Shown here piece after piece: positions 1 to 14,300 of a stretch of 64,000 nucleotides of DNA (its first letter is position 1; every line of letters starts with the position of its first letter). Under the pieces are notes generated by a model, which did no database searches, had not been told where the DNA came from, and saw nothing but the letters and a program-made list of their open reading frames with translations. The translations under genes were made by a program, and so were the position numbers. Source of the stretch: Perna viridis (Eukaryota); the NCBI GenBank assembly GCA_037379345.1, contig CM074518.1:15686001-15750000 (forward strand), given 5' to 3'.

Positions 1-330
1 GGTTTCATATCTTTTGTCATGCGAATGTGAGATTGCACAGTCATATTTCGCAAACTCATCGGCAATTTCTTTGGGAGTACGTATTGTTCTGTCCGACATC
101 CGTATCTCATTACAGAAAGAGCGTTTCTTCTCCTTACGTCCGTTCCACATTTTGCAAAAAAAGATGGAGATTACATGCATTATTCACTTTATCAGCAATG
201 TCATTTTAATATTTGTTATAAACCTCATTTTGTTTACGATTGTATGTTCGTGCCGCTGATTTTTACTTCTTGTAGCTTTCTTAATGCATCCCGCGTGGAC
301 GGCCTAGATCGATCCATTTTCGTCGCATTT
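1..330 (-). mobile_element. Decayed LINE APE-RT linker fragment
   Basis: F.KM.N.RK...CNEI....RTPKEIADEFAKY with in-frame stops; resembles the linker at 44700-44900. Confidence 0.45.
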
Positions 331-2044
331 CTCTCGCAGTCCTATGCGCTTCACGTACCTCTGTAGTCCAATACGGTTTCAATCTAGCGTTGTAGTTGGG
401 TAAAAAGGAATGTTTTGATAAGATGCTTTTAATGCGATATCAATAATCGCACTATTCAGTTGGTCTATTTCTGATTCTGAGTTTATATCTACTAGTGTAC
501 ACAATTAATATTGCATATCTTTATCGACTGCTAACTGATAGTTTATTATATTTTCTGTAGTGGTCTTACACCAGGACACTGTTCGTGGTTTTTTCGCTAT
601 TTGCATCGTGTTGCATAATCGGAACTTTAATTTGGCAGTAAATTGGCAAGTGGTCCGAAGCTATCTCAGTGTATGAATTAGAAAACACACTACATTCCGA
701 TACACAGTCAATAAACGAAAGAGGAATAAGAATATAATCAATGGTGGTCTGCAGAGGAGAAAATGCATAAGAGTATTCCGAACAGATATTACATGTATTG
801 ACAGCTAGTTTCTATGCGGGCTGGTATGGACCGGCTAGCTTCACACTGGTTTGACTGAAGGGTTTACCTATTTCTTATTTAACCTTTCTATGAAAAAGGG
901 TTTTGAAATATATCATCCATTCAACAGATATATGAATTTTCTGTATTTTAGGTACGAGATACGGTATTATGATTGATTGATTGATTGTTGGGGTTTAACG
1001 CCGCTATTATGGAACCAGACACAGTTAATTTTCAATACAGAACATTTTCAACCTCTGCACAAACAAATCTGAACATTAATATAGAAAAAAAAACCATGGC
1101 TTTGCCATTTACCTTGGTTTATACACGTGCTTCATGGTTAGTTCCTTGCTCACTTCACGAAATATTTAGATTGACTAATACGATGACATTTTAAAATATG
1201 AGATATGGTACACTTGATGTGGCATGATTGCCAATGAGACAGTCATCCACCGGAAGCCAAGCAACTTCTATATGTCACAACACGGTCTTCAATGAAAGGC
1301 AAAATCCATACCATACAAGCTGTTTAAGCTTTCAAAATAAATGAAGTGAAACTATTCATACAGACGAAAACCGATGTTCGCTATAAAGCTTAAATAAAAT
1401 ATATATGCTAAAGTTTATTTACAAAGCAATTTTTAAGTTCCGTTAATCTGGCCACGATCTAGGATGTTACAGTACAAACAGCATTGTTTTTGTTTTCTTT
1501 CTTTATGATAGAAAGATGACTTACTCCCCAAAGAACGCAGTTTGGTTTTATCCAGCTGGAAAGTACTAAATAAATACAAACGTGCATTCATTCTGTTTTG
1601 TCATTACATCTACAACGTACCCATACGTGCAAGAAGGCCAGTTTCTATCTTGGAACTAAAACGCTTATTTAACCGATAATGTCAATAATCTTGCATAACA
1701 AAAATATATACAGGTATTTAGCAACAAACACTTCATTTATTTTCAAGTCCGAATATTTATTTTATAATTTTGCACATACTGTAAACGGAAACATTCCTGC
1801 TCTTTTTCACAAAAGAAGCTCAAATACTACAATTCAATGGTCGTCATACTTATTTATTCAGCGACCAAAAATTCTGTCACACAGTTCTAGTGATTACATG
1901 TATATGCATTGAATTTTAATTTCGTTCAAATATTCCACATTTTTCCCTTTCTTGTAGACAATCTTTCAATAATATAATATCCACGTTGTTTAACATAAGA
2001 ATCGTTTACCTCAATTCATTATCAACATCAAGTAGGACTCCAGC

Positions 2045-2413
2045 TAAGGATCATGCAAAATGTGATTCATTGGTAAAAAGCCTACATATTTTTATTTTTG
2101 ATATTTTGTTTGAAAGGTCATAGTAAACAGAAATTGACATGTGGTTTTTCATATAACCCGTGCTCTTAGGAGATAAAAATTATATAGAATGCACTTAAAA
2201 TTCAAAATTAAGGGAGATAACTCTGTGAATGGCACTCAAATACAATAGAATCTACTGGATTTTCAATGTGGATTATCTCCTAAGAGCAGGCAGATTTGAA
2301 TGAATAATTACACATTTCATAGTATAGACCCATAAAACAACCTAATTACAAAAATAAAAATATGTAGCCTTTTGTGGGGTGTATCACATTTTTCAGATTT
2401 TGCATGATTCTTA
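2045..2413. mobile_element. MITE-like element with nested inverted repeats
   Basis: 2045-2100 is an imperfect inverted copy of 2348-2413; inner perfect 16-bp pair TGCTCTTAGGAGATAA at 2161-2176 and 2273-2288. Confidence 0.6.
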
Positions 2414-3396
2414 CAAAGACAGCTACTTAATTGTTCAGTCAAAATTATGAACGTCTTGGGTGAAACTGGGTTTAGTTTATATTTTGCTTTGATACGGCGT
2501 AGCCAGAAAGGTGATTGAGTTAGATCACACAAGTGATAATATCAATGTTTAATTTGCCACTAACGTAAAACAGTTACCAGGAAACTTGGATCTATAAATG
2601 AAAGATATGGTTTTCGTTTTATTTGGGTACACGAACGGTACGTAACACGAGGACATATAGACTTGATCGAATACTCTGTTATTTACACTTGTTTTGTCTA
2701 TCAAATCTTTGAGTTACATAAAAACGGATAACCGAATAAAAAAGTTACATGTATACTATAATAGACATAAAGTTTTGATATTGGTCCAAACAACATCTGT
2801 TTTAACTGTCACAGATCCTGCTTTAGAAATCCGAGTACGAATCGATCTTATTAAAAAAATGAATGCAGGAAGTCAAAACTTAGCTATATGAATTCGTTTG
2901 CACCACACATTTGACCAAAGTATTGACACGCTCGAGGACAACAAACCCAAAGTATATTTTTTCTTCTAAATTGGTTGAATCGATGACAATAATATTTACT
3001 TGAGAGACAATAATTACGGTTAATGATGGAAACACACTCCATTTACACCGATGTTACCAATGGGTAATGACGACCAATACCACTTACGGCTAAGTAAGTT
3101 ATTTTGTGGAAATCGAAAACTTCAGGATGTTTTTGCCAAAACTATATGTTAGTAGAGGATCTAGTGTCTGCTGTGATAGTTCACTGAATTACTCAATATC
3201 ATTGGTTTTTGTGTATTTGCTGACAAAACAGAATTAATTGTGTTAAAAGGATATTATACAACACACAAGACTTAAAAGATAAAACTTAAATTTATTTTAA
3301 CAATTTGTTATGTTTTACCAAAATTCCAATAAATCTCTTTGTACTAAAAATATATAATAACGGTAATAACTTTTGTTTTAAAAGATCTAAAACTCC

Positions 3397-3552
3397 TCAC
3401 ATAGGTTTTACATATAAAGCTGTTTTGAATGCGGTTTCTCTCGTTCCTATGAGTTCGTTATATTCTGGTACTTTATAAGCAATCTCCTTCATGTAAGGAA
3501 TACAGATGTATGAATGAAATATGTGTTTGTTCACGGACTTAGTGTCTGAAAC
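3397..3552 (-). CDS. Candidate NOS terminal exon 25 (VSDTKSVNKH...LYVKPM-stop)
   Basis: ACTAG acceptor, phase 0, 51 open codons in AT-rich DNA, AATAAA about 100 nt after the stop (3291-3296); no homology support. Confidence 0.4.
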   Translation of the reverse strand, partial: VSDTKSVNKHIFHSYICIPYMKEIAYKVPEYNELIGTRETAFKTALYVKPM

Positions 3553-4060
3553 CTAGTTCATAAATATAACAGAAACCTTGTCCGGATTCCTGTGGGTGCA
3601 ATAATCATTGGTTACATTTTTTCCTGTGAAAGGCTTGTTTAGATCAATACATAAATGTATATCACATGTAGGGCAACTATTCAACGAGAAATGCTCCAAA
3701 GCAGTTATTATGTACAAAAACCTGTATCATACATTGGCTAGACATGAAACAAATGACAAATTTTATTTTCAGTTATTATTTTTGGGTTACATTTTTGGGT
3801 TTCAATTATAACAAAAATACAAATAAATTATAACGCATGTAGTGCCTTCCTCAAATGTCCTTTGATAAAGTTGAAAACTACTCTCTCTGAAAATATAATT
3901 TTTGAAAGAATATTAATTTTCTTCATGTACACATATCTATACAATTACTTTTTTGCAGTGTTTTAATACCGCGGAAGTGTAGTTGTTAAAATCTCAATAT
4001 TCTGTTAAAAGGTGGAAATAATTTAATGTATCATTTTGTAGCTGCATTAATTAGAAACAA

Positions 4061-4780
4061 AACTTAGAAACACCCACTACAAAAAACTTAGAAATACACA
4101 CCACAAAACTTAGAAACACCCACTACAAAACTCTTAGAAACACCCACTTCAAAAGTCTTAGAAACATCCACTACAAAAAACTTAGAAACACCTACTTCAA
4201 AAGTCTTAGAAACACCCACTACAAAAAACTTAGAAACACCTACTAGAAAAAAAAAACAAAAAACAAAACAAAAAAAAAAAAAACAACGTAGAAATACCCA
4301 CTACAAAAAACTTAGAAACACCTACTAGAAAAAAAAAAAAAAAAAAACAACATAGAAATACCCACTACACAAAACTTAGAAACACCCACTACAAAACTCT
4401 TAGAAACACCCACTTCAAAAGTCTTAGAAATACACACCACAAAACTTAGAAACACCCACTACAAAACTCTTAGAAACACCCACTTCAAAAGTCTTAGAAA
4501 CATCCACTACAAAAAACTTAGAAACACCTACTTCAAAAGTCTTAGAAACACCCACTACAAAAAACTTAGAAACACCTACTAGAAAAAAAAAAACAAAAAA
4601 CAAAACAAAACAAAAAACAACGTAGAAATACCCACTACAAAAAACTTAGAAACACCTACTAGAAAAAAAAAAAACAAAAAAAAAAAAACAAAAAAAAAAA
4701 AAAACGTAGAAATACCCACTACAAAAAACTTAGAAACACCCACTACACAAAACTTAGAAAAACCCACTACAAAAGTCCTT
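4061..4780. repeat. Minisatellite, about 24-bp unit CTTAGAAACACCCACTACAAAAAA, with poly-A interruptions
   Basis: More than 20 visible copies. Confidence 0.95.
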
Positions 4781-5299
4781 AAGATTTTGATGTCAAGTGT
4801 TTTTCTTTTTCACGTCCCTGATATTATTAGGACATGTTTAATACTTCATCATACATATATAAAAGGCACTCTAGGGATCTTAATATGAAACGTATGCAAC
4901 TCTGGAAGACTTACGAAAAATATCTAGATTACAAACTTAAGATTATATCTCAAATTATGCGAAATTTGAAAACATATTTCAGAGCAAACTCAGAAAACGT
5001 AAACCTGTTTATGTATCTGAGAAATTAATTGCCACGCATCCTTTAACTTCATTGTTTTTTTTAATACAAGAATTAATAATCTAGTCTTCGCAATTAAGAA
5101 CAACAAAATTGAAGTTTCTAATCAGTGTTTGCATTAAGTACTAATATCTATTTACGATACGTTCAAGTCAGGTCTATCCTATAGAAATATAAAATTTAGA
5201 CAAATCGTTGATCTTGAATTTCAATGTAATTCGGACTAACTATTGAAATTAAATGTACGTCTTTTTGTTTTTGAATACTGATTTCAGAAATTATAAGTA

Positions 5300-5398
5300 T
5301 TAAATTGAAAAAAAAACTACCTTAAAATGCTTTGGATCTTTTTTGTTTTGTTTCTTTACTGCGACTCCAAAGATATCTTCATGTAAACGATTTTCTTC
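5300..5398 (-). CDS. NOS: NOS coding exon 24 ([26 protein letters not shown], then either VVFFSI-stop or splice after 5321)
   Basis: HEDIFG terminal FAD-shielding motif; AAG/GTAGTT possible donor; read-through TAA at 5300-5302. Confidence 0.9.
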   Translation of the reverse strand, partial: EENRLHEDIFGVAVKKQNKKDPKHFKVVFFSI

Positions 5399-8300
5399 CT
5401 AAAATATAATCCAAGAAACATGTCAAATGTAGTATAACCAACGAGTGATACTACTCACAAGATTGTTGGTTCATGTTCATTAAAACCTGGCAATTTAAAA
5501 TTTATCTGCTTTAATGATCTAGATAACCTTTATATCATGCTACATCCAGGAGTGGATGAGAAATATATTTTTAAAGAAATATGAAAAGATGGGAATTCTT
5601 GTTTATCCTCCTTTTTGCAAAGTAAATATATCCAGACAGAGACAACAAACAGGATACAGATAATGAGTGACCTTCAAATTATACTGAAATATAAACAAAG
5701 GTGCCACACAGTAACAGACTTTAGCTTTTTGTGTTATTCTTCTTTTACTTTAAAATCTCTTAAGTTGTTGCAGATGATGCTTCACAATTAGAATTGAAAT
5801 ATCTACAATGTTGTGATATGTCTAAACCCCTGCATGTCAAAATTACAAAACAAGGACGGCATAAAATAAGACAACTAACCACAAATAGTTTTTAAGAGCA
5901 TTTTTTAAGTAGGAGGATTCAAATATATTACTATTCACCATAGATGCACAGAAATGCGGCAGAAGAATTTTAATCGTTCAATTGAAACTGTTTTTACATG
6001 AAAAATTCTAAACGATGAACATTGGCCTCATGTAATCAGATTAATTGTTTACCGAATACCAATCACAAATCGTGATGCTAACGTTTTAATCTTTTTGAAT
6101 GTAACCTGTTGAAAGGTCAAAACACACATTTATTCACTTAATCGTGCATAAAATCTTAAACAGAATTTAATCATTCAAATACCTTCATTTTGTCAATGTA
6201 GTCATCAGCCTGCTTTTGCGATTTCCTACCGAATGACATGATTAGGTTTCGCAGTGATAGTTTTACATCGGAGGCCATCTGCACATTGCCACAGATATAC
6301 AAATGTCCATTTTCTTTGATCAGTTTCTTATAAACATCTCTCCCATTTTTGCTAATAAGATCCTGGACGTAGGTCTAGAAGAATAAAAAATAACCCAACT
6401 GTTTTTATTTTGAAGACGGACTTATAGTAACACTATATTTCGAATGTATTTGCTTCTTCAAAACAATTTGATTGACCTTAAGTTGAGATTGGATTTCATA
6501 TTAGAGTGAATACTCAGTCAAAAGACTCGGTTAAAAATGTGTTTAAAGTGTCAGTTGAAACTGCGAGAGCTATATCAGTTTAGATGAGTTTAGAAAATTT
6601 GTTTGTTTTTTTTTATCTAATGTCTTTGAACACATAGAATTCGACCGAATACGTTTGACTCACATGCAGTTTATGTTACCTGAGTATAAAGGGACAACTA
6701 TTGCGCTGTACCTGCGTATAATGATGTTTTGGGGCCGACTGCAGACTGCCCTGTGGTATGTAGGTTTTCTCGTTGTTCATTTAAGACCAATGGGGGCTTT
6801 TGGCTGACATATTCCTCCCGTTTGGATGTTTTCTCTTTGACATATTCACCATACCTATTCTCGTTATATTAAACACTTGTTTTTTTTGTCTTGGATATTA
6901 GAATAAAGTGGACCCTCATATTCCTGACATGTACAAGCGAGGATATTTGATCTATCGAATATGACCAGCTTTGTGTTAGTATAATGACGTGAGCTTGAAT
7001 TTGTAATGAGTTATCTCTAAAATGTGACAGCCTCGGTTCTGTGCACATTATCTCTTATTGCAATGCCCAAGTAACGAAATTTAAATGTTACTAAGTTGTA
7101 TACTTATGGTGAATTAAATGGGCTCAGCTATCGACAAGCTAAATGTTTTGTTGTTTTTATGCAAAACAATAATAATTTATACTGACTTTCTTGATTCCTG
7201 GTTCTCGGGAGAATGCAAAGAAACACTTTGTCAAAATTTGGTCTTTTTGGCAAAGCATCAGTTCTTCTCTGAAGATATTGTCACTGGTGGCATTACGGCA
7301 TCCAAAGTAGAGAATCATTTCGCCGAAGTTTTCTCGGAGTAAATCTTTAAGAAAAGCTTACAAATATACTGTAGACGAAAATGATTTTTACGGTTGCAAA
7401 TTTTCGATGATTCTGTCAAATGAACACATTCACGTGTATCAATTTTCGCGGTTTCACAAACGACTATAGCTTCATTCAAATTAAGCGTTAAAAACCAATG
7501 TCAGAAGTATCATAAAGTATTTTTCAGTATAGGAAATTCATGCAAAAGGGAAATAGGGAAGCAAATCCCTGTAGTTTAATTTCATTTTATATCTTTACAC
7601 ACATTAACACAAAAGAAACGCAATAAAATGCCAGAAAATGCACGTATTTCTTCATGAAAACTTAAACATGATGTATTGAATCAAATTGTGATGACAAACC
7701 TCTGGTTGAAGACAGACATTTGGTGTCATATTTTCTTTGCATCCAGAAACCTCTAAACGGTGCTATTCCCGTACCAGGACCAACCATAAGTATCGGAACA
7801 GACTGGAACTTCGGTAAGTGAAACAGCGGTGCTCTGTCATAAGATGATTCATAAAGGTTTAAAACATAATTAAAAGTTTCTAAGTAAAATTACCAGTTCT
7901 AAAATGTATTTTGTATCAATACAATAAGTGTTTCTGTAAGTTAGAAAAGCATTTTGAGTTCATGTATTTGCTATAAATGTGATTTGATCCATTTCGTACA
8001 TCAATTGTACGTTACCTGCCACCTAACACATTTTATTCAGTCAGTTTTTGGTGTTCATGTGAGGAGTAACCTTTTTTCGTCCAAGTATATTTTTTCAGAT
8101 TAGTTTGTCTCCTGAAATTCGATGTTTAGCGTTATATTTCACTGTGGTCACCTTTGTTACTAAGCTGATGTAAACATTGCCTATAGAACACAATCTGTCA
8201 ATATTTCCCTAAAAGCCAAACTGTTGGTTTAACTTACCTCCGCACTGAACACATAACTGTTTCACCTAATGGTAATTCGTTCAGCCAATTACTGCAAACA

Positions 8301-11300
8301 CCTTTGTGCTTTGTACCGTCTGAAACAAGTTTACACATACAAAAATAAACAAAGATTGCATGTGAAATGCCAATAAATTGTTAATTTGCTTAGATTGCTA
8401 AAACATCAATATTTGTTTTGAAGCGTAGAGGTAGAATTATATAGGATTATTGTGATCACCACAAAAAATTGTGGTCGTCATCATGATCTTTATGGTGTAT
8501 TTATCTGCACCATGAGACCAATTTATTCACTGTATCATAGTTTATCTTCTTTTTCCATATATTCCGGACGTGATCAACTCGGTGGGTGTTACAAAATTAC
8601 CATATACTACTTCGATCCAAAGTCAATGGAAGTCCAAAGGAAATCTAGCAAAATCGATATTACACCACAGAAACAGCTGGTACCGCAATGGTCCTGATTT
8701 AAGTGGTACTGGCATTTCAAACAAAATGGTGGTTTAAATTTATGTTTTACAGCGTGCTATACCTTCCTCTTACATTGCGACGTGAATATACCGTTGATGA
8801 TTGAATACTTTTTGCATGCTATTGCGCAATAATCGGTAAATCAGCGGTCACATCTACGCAAAGAACAATTTGCAAACAAAATGAATAAAAAAAATAAAGA
8901 TAAAAATAATAAATTGAAATAAATAAATAAAAATAAAAAAAAACAATCATCTTTATTTTAGGGGAATGTGAGCATTTTTCGACAAAAGAATAATGTCTTA
9001 AAATATTTGGTAAGACCTTTTGAAACGCATTTCCTTATACCCCAGATTCAGGAGATTAACGGAGATATATATATATATATTGTTAAAGGAAATCAAAGTA
9101 GTTAGTACTTGGTCTAAGCGTAGCGTTGCTGCATAGGTAAGGAAAATCTATCAACATTAAAAACGTCCCTTCTATCTTAGTGCTGAGATGACCACTGTTG
9201 CTAATTGTGTTATGTAGGTCCAAACATGATACAGAACAAGCTATTTCTGTAGTCACATATATCTCGAGCTCTGGTGGATATTGAAGTTAACCATTTACCA
9301 TACACTTTCAATACAACGGAGGAGTTTCCCTACCGGTGCAGCTGCCGTGGTCCATTTTTCCGTTTTTTTTGAGTCTGGGTTGCTTAGTTACTTTAGTTTC
9401 ATTACACGTGTTAGTATGGCTATTTAATGTTCTTTGTCATGTGTGTTTTAATTTCATGTTTATTTTCTTCTTTTGATACAATTTCGTTGATTGCCGTTTA
9501 AATCCTAGTTTCCTTTACTTCCCTTTCTTCAACGAAACTTTATTTGGGATTGTATCATGCGAAGTAACTTTTCTTGAATATCTTCATTATTAACAAGCCA
9601 ATAAAAAAGTAAAGTTTATAGGCATTGTTTAAGTATTACATGTAAGTTTAGAGAATTAATAACCGATCCTAATTTCTGGAAGATTATTATTACCCGGTGT
9701 CTGATATTCCACTACTTCAGCTGTTACATGTATTTCACCGGGACAAGCATGTAAGGATGAACTAATACTGTAATATCTTGGCTGTAGTAGCGGAAGTTGT
9801 GTCAGTAAGAAAGCAGGAGATACATGTAAGGATGGAAACATACGTATGACCTCACAAATATTTGGCATTCCATGGCTCTTCCAGTCGTTATAAGCTCTTG
9901 AATTCTACAATGGCACATGTAAAATCATAAGCGTGAAGCTTGTTTACGACATTGACAATAGCAAAACATTCGCAGACGATTTTTCTTTGAAAAAGACACA
10001 GAGATATTCAATCCTACATTAACGAGAAGAATGTGCAAACCTGATCTTATCCATCCCCGAAAAGTAAACGATTTGAAATAATAAACAACAATGTCCCAAA
10101 GCTTTAATACACTATGTATATAAGGGCATTTTTTATTTGTATATTAATTATATACATAGCTGCAATCAGTAAAATGTCAATTGTAGAGTGAGGATGTATA
10201 TCACTTTGAATTATTTAGAGGATTAACTTACATTTACAAGTCTTTTAATCTTGAATTTGTCCTCTGATGTTTCTGCTAGATTAGACAAGACGTTGAGAAA
10301 ATCTTGAGTGGGCGGTGTTGCGATGTCTAGATATTTTGACAGAATCTCCTCCAATGTATCAATTGGTAGTCGATTGTAAACCTTCCATTCACTGATTACT
10401 ATAGAAATGTATTGACTACTCGTTATTTTTCCACATGTATATAGTAACCTTATGATTCAAACTACTACACACTAAGAACAAAATATAAAAATAATTATTG
10501 TTAATGAAGGAATCAAAATTTAAGTTTGAATATAGAGGCAGAAGCAACGATTTTTATTATGGTATCGGATTTTGAATATAAACAAAATCTAATTGATTTA
10601 CGCAATATCTATTATGGCATATAGAAATACACTGCATTTTTTTAATAGTTATATATAACAAAGCAGCTTACACAAATTGTAAATTCGTATGCTAAACAGT
10701 AGATATTGATCAACAAAACTAAAAAAGACAACCAAATATATTTAAGTTATAATTAATGAAAGTTTAATGAATATTTACTGAAGTTACCTGCAGTAGATCC
10801 ATGACACTGAGTCCGCCTTTCTATAGTTATAGGTGTGTTTTCAGAGGGAACATCCTTTAAAGAGGCAATAAGTTGTTGTACTTGTTTTTTAGTGTTCTCT
10901 GGATACAGTAACACGTGATCTCCTGGACTAAACTGCAATAGTTCAGCAAACCTTCTGATATCGATCTTTGCTAGTATCGTTTGATGGCTGAAAATATATT
11001 TGATATGTGTCATACTAAAGAATATTTCATCATAGAACATGGTCGTATATAGACATGAAATATAGCTCAAATAATCGAGTATTTCTTAGCTATTTCTTTT
11101 TAAACGGATTATTAAAACAAGATTAATGTCCAACTGTTACAGTGTAAATTCGGTCAAATTTCAATACTTTTGGTTATCCAAGTTCTACAACAATTTAGGC
11201 AAATTTAGCGTTACATTATGATAAACAAAGATGTTTCCTCTCCAAACACAAACACTAAAACTAATTATTAAAATAAGGAATGCAGCATAAAGTGACACCC

Positions 11301-14300
11301 TTTCTTAACTAACTCCCATAATGAACCCATAAATTCAAAATGTCAATGTTGCAGTCAGCAACTCATGACAGCAACCAAAACTGCTAAAGATTATTGTCAT
11401 CGTTTCAATATCAATTATAGTATAAACTTCCACTTAATGACTCTTGTAAAGATATATATTTCATCAGTGCAAAAATATAACAAACCAAAAAACACCAACT
11501 GAGCAATGAATTCTTGATACCGAATCCCATTTTCACGCTGATACGACATAAATCCGAATATGTTAAGTCTACTTTTATAGACTGTTATAGAATAGAATAG
11601 CAATCGAAGACTAGCCTAGTATATTTCTTACTTGATATTTTTGATTTTTAACTGATTGATATTGAAGAAATAAACAATTAAAAGAAGAACATCAATCAGT
11701 CGACTTTTACACTATACAAACTGTATTTAATTTTTTATGTACACAATTGTAAATGTGCTGCCTAAAACAAGACTGATGCTTCACTACTCCACTAAATCCA
11801 TATTTTGTATATCATTTTCTGTTCGAGTATTCATGACAAAAAAAAAAAACAAAAAAAAACCAAAAAACCTATATTTACCTGGATCCTCTTAAACTAAGTC
11901 GTTTTCTGTCTTTCAGCTTACATGGGAACACTTGCTTTCTGAATAATCTGCTAAGCTCTTTGATATATTAAAGAAGGAAGGATCCACGTTAACATTAGAA
12001 CATGACAATTGACACTGAATATATTTTACAATGGGTAAAAAATTATCCTATATTAACATGCTTTTCACGTGAATTATCTTACCTGAATTTCATGTTATTT
12101 GAAATTTATGTAAAAGCTCGATTCACAGTAAATTCACATGAGATCAGCCACATGGTTTTTGCTTAATTCGGATGAACACCATAAGAAATCTCTAAATATT
12201 TACTACAGCAAAACAATCCAAATGAACATTATAAAATTATCCTATCTTATCGTTCGTTAAGTTACCTTCGTGAGATGGTACTTGTGTATTCACTGCTTCA
12301 ACCAGTCTGTATTTTCCTTGGCTCCAGCTCGTATCTGCTCTTTCCAACACCTCTGATACATTATAAATTCCATGCTTGCCTCCAATATTAAAAAAACTGC
12401 ATGCGACCTGTTAAGCATAAATCAATCAAGGAAATATTATCACTTTCTTTGACACACAGAAATAACTTTCTTAATCATTCGCATATCTTAATTAAGTTGC
12501 ATATTGTCCCATTTTTTTCTTTTTTATAATTTGATGTCTTTTATTATCAATACATATAACCTGACAGTCTCGGCAAGTTATTTATCACACTCGATTCGTG
12601 AATTGTCTTTGGAATAAGAAGGAAGCACATGATATGAACATAGAACATCTTATCCACAATCCACGGACGAAGAATAACAAAACGCCACAAATTTACAAAA
12701 TAATAATATACACACTAACTAATAAAAATAAAAGCAACATATAAAATCTACTTAAATAAACCAAAAGTATACTTGTACATTGTAACTACAGAAAAAAAGA
12801 CATATGGACTCCGCTAAAAGAGTAATCAAGGGAACCAATATTCTAGCGGAAATTAAGAAAGAATGTAATCCGTGGATAGAATTCGGTCCTGGGAAACAGA
12901 CGCATACAACAAAGAACATAAAATAACCAAAATAATACATACATACATAGTAACAAAAGTAAATGAACAACCTGGACTCCACTAAAAACTTGGAGCATGG
13001 AGTAAGCGTCCTCTGCTGTTCTAGAAACACCCACCGAGTAGCTCATAAAAAGTAAAGTCCAGTGAGGAAGAAAGGGGATAGGAAAAACTCTGATACGTTG
13101 AACAAATCAGTTTCCATGGGGCAGATGGGCGCACCTTAGAAATGGGAGTATAACTACAAAAAATGGAAACAACAAAATAACAGAACACTTATCCGATCCA
13201 TTACCAAGTCAAGGCCAAAACAAATCTGCCAAATGAATATTACACCACCGGAGCAGCTGGTATTCAAGGAGACACATGGACTCCTCCTAAAAAAACTATT
13301 TTCAAACTGAAAAAAACCACATACATGGACTCCACTAAAAATTGGGGGTATAGACAAAAACACTGGTAGAGTTAACAGTCTCTGCCTTTCGAGAATTACG
13401 CACCGACTTATTAATATGTAATAAAATACCAGTGTATTACATATTGAAGCTACTAAATTGTAAAGACATAGCGAGTTAAAAATGACATATAAAAGAAATC
13501 ACACATGAATGTATTATCGAAGTAAATAACGTGATAAAATAATCGAATCAATTTACTACACTGTACTGCATTAAAAATATAAAAGAGAACTACATAAATA
13601 TTGCGTTGGTAAAATGTTGGAACTGTAGGCCATTATTGTGATCAGTGTCTTCCTATTTTTTTAATACTGATAAAGGTTCGTACTTCATATATAAATTAAC
13701 AATTGGTGGTTTATAAAAATATGAAATAAATGTTAAAGAATTTCCGGCCTAAATATTTAAAACGGAAATAACAAATTATACAAAGGACTGTTCCTTGTTA
13801 TGAGGCACCATTATTTATAAAGATATCTTAAATTTCAATCACAGATTACATATATAAAGTGAAAGGTGACTTAATGAGGACAGCCTGCTAAACCGAATAA
13901 AACATTGTATGAAAATCTTCTGAATTCTGATGTTCAAATTCAGATATATTTTCAAATATCGTTATTTTCCTTATTGGAAGATTAAACAAATGAAGTATGC
14001 ACCAAGTGATATAGTATTGTTTTGATTATATCAGATGCAGATAATCTCCAAAAACAATGTTATATATCTGCCATTACCATATCAGAACATGTAATACTTA
14101 AGGAACTGCTTTTTGTTGGCGATGTCTACTAAAGATTCGCCCGTTAAAGAGTTTCAAAGCATATAATCGAGAAATAAAACAGTTTCTCAGCTCAGTATTG
14201 AATATGTGTTTATTTCACATACAAATCAGAGGGATATTATTTATTATTGGTTGTTTTATTTATTTCTGTCTTTTCTCTTCAGAGGTAGTAATATTGTGTT

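Noticed and set aside
4579-4767. Hydrophobic 62-aa ORF
   Set aside because: Translation of the minisatellite and poly-T runs
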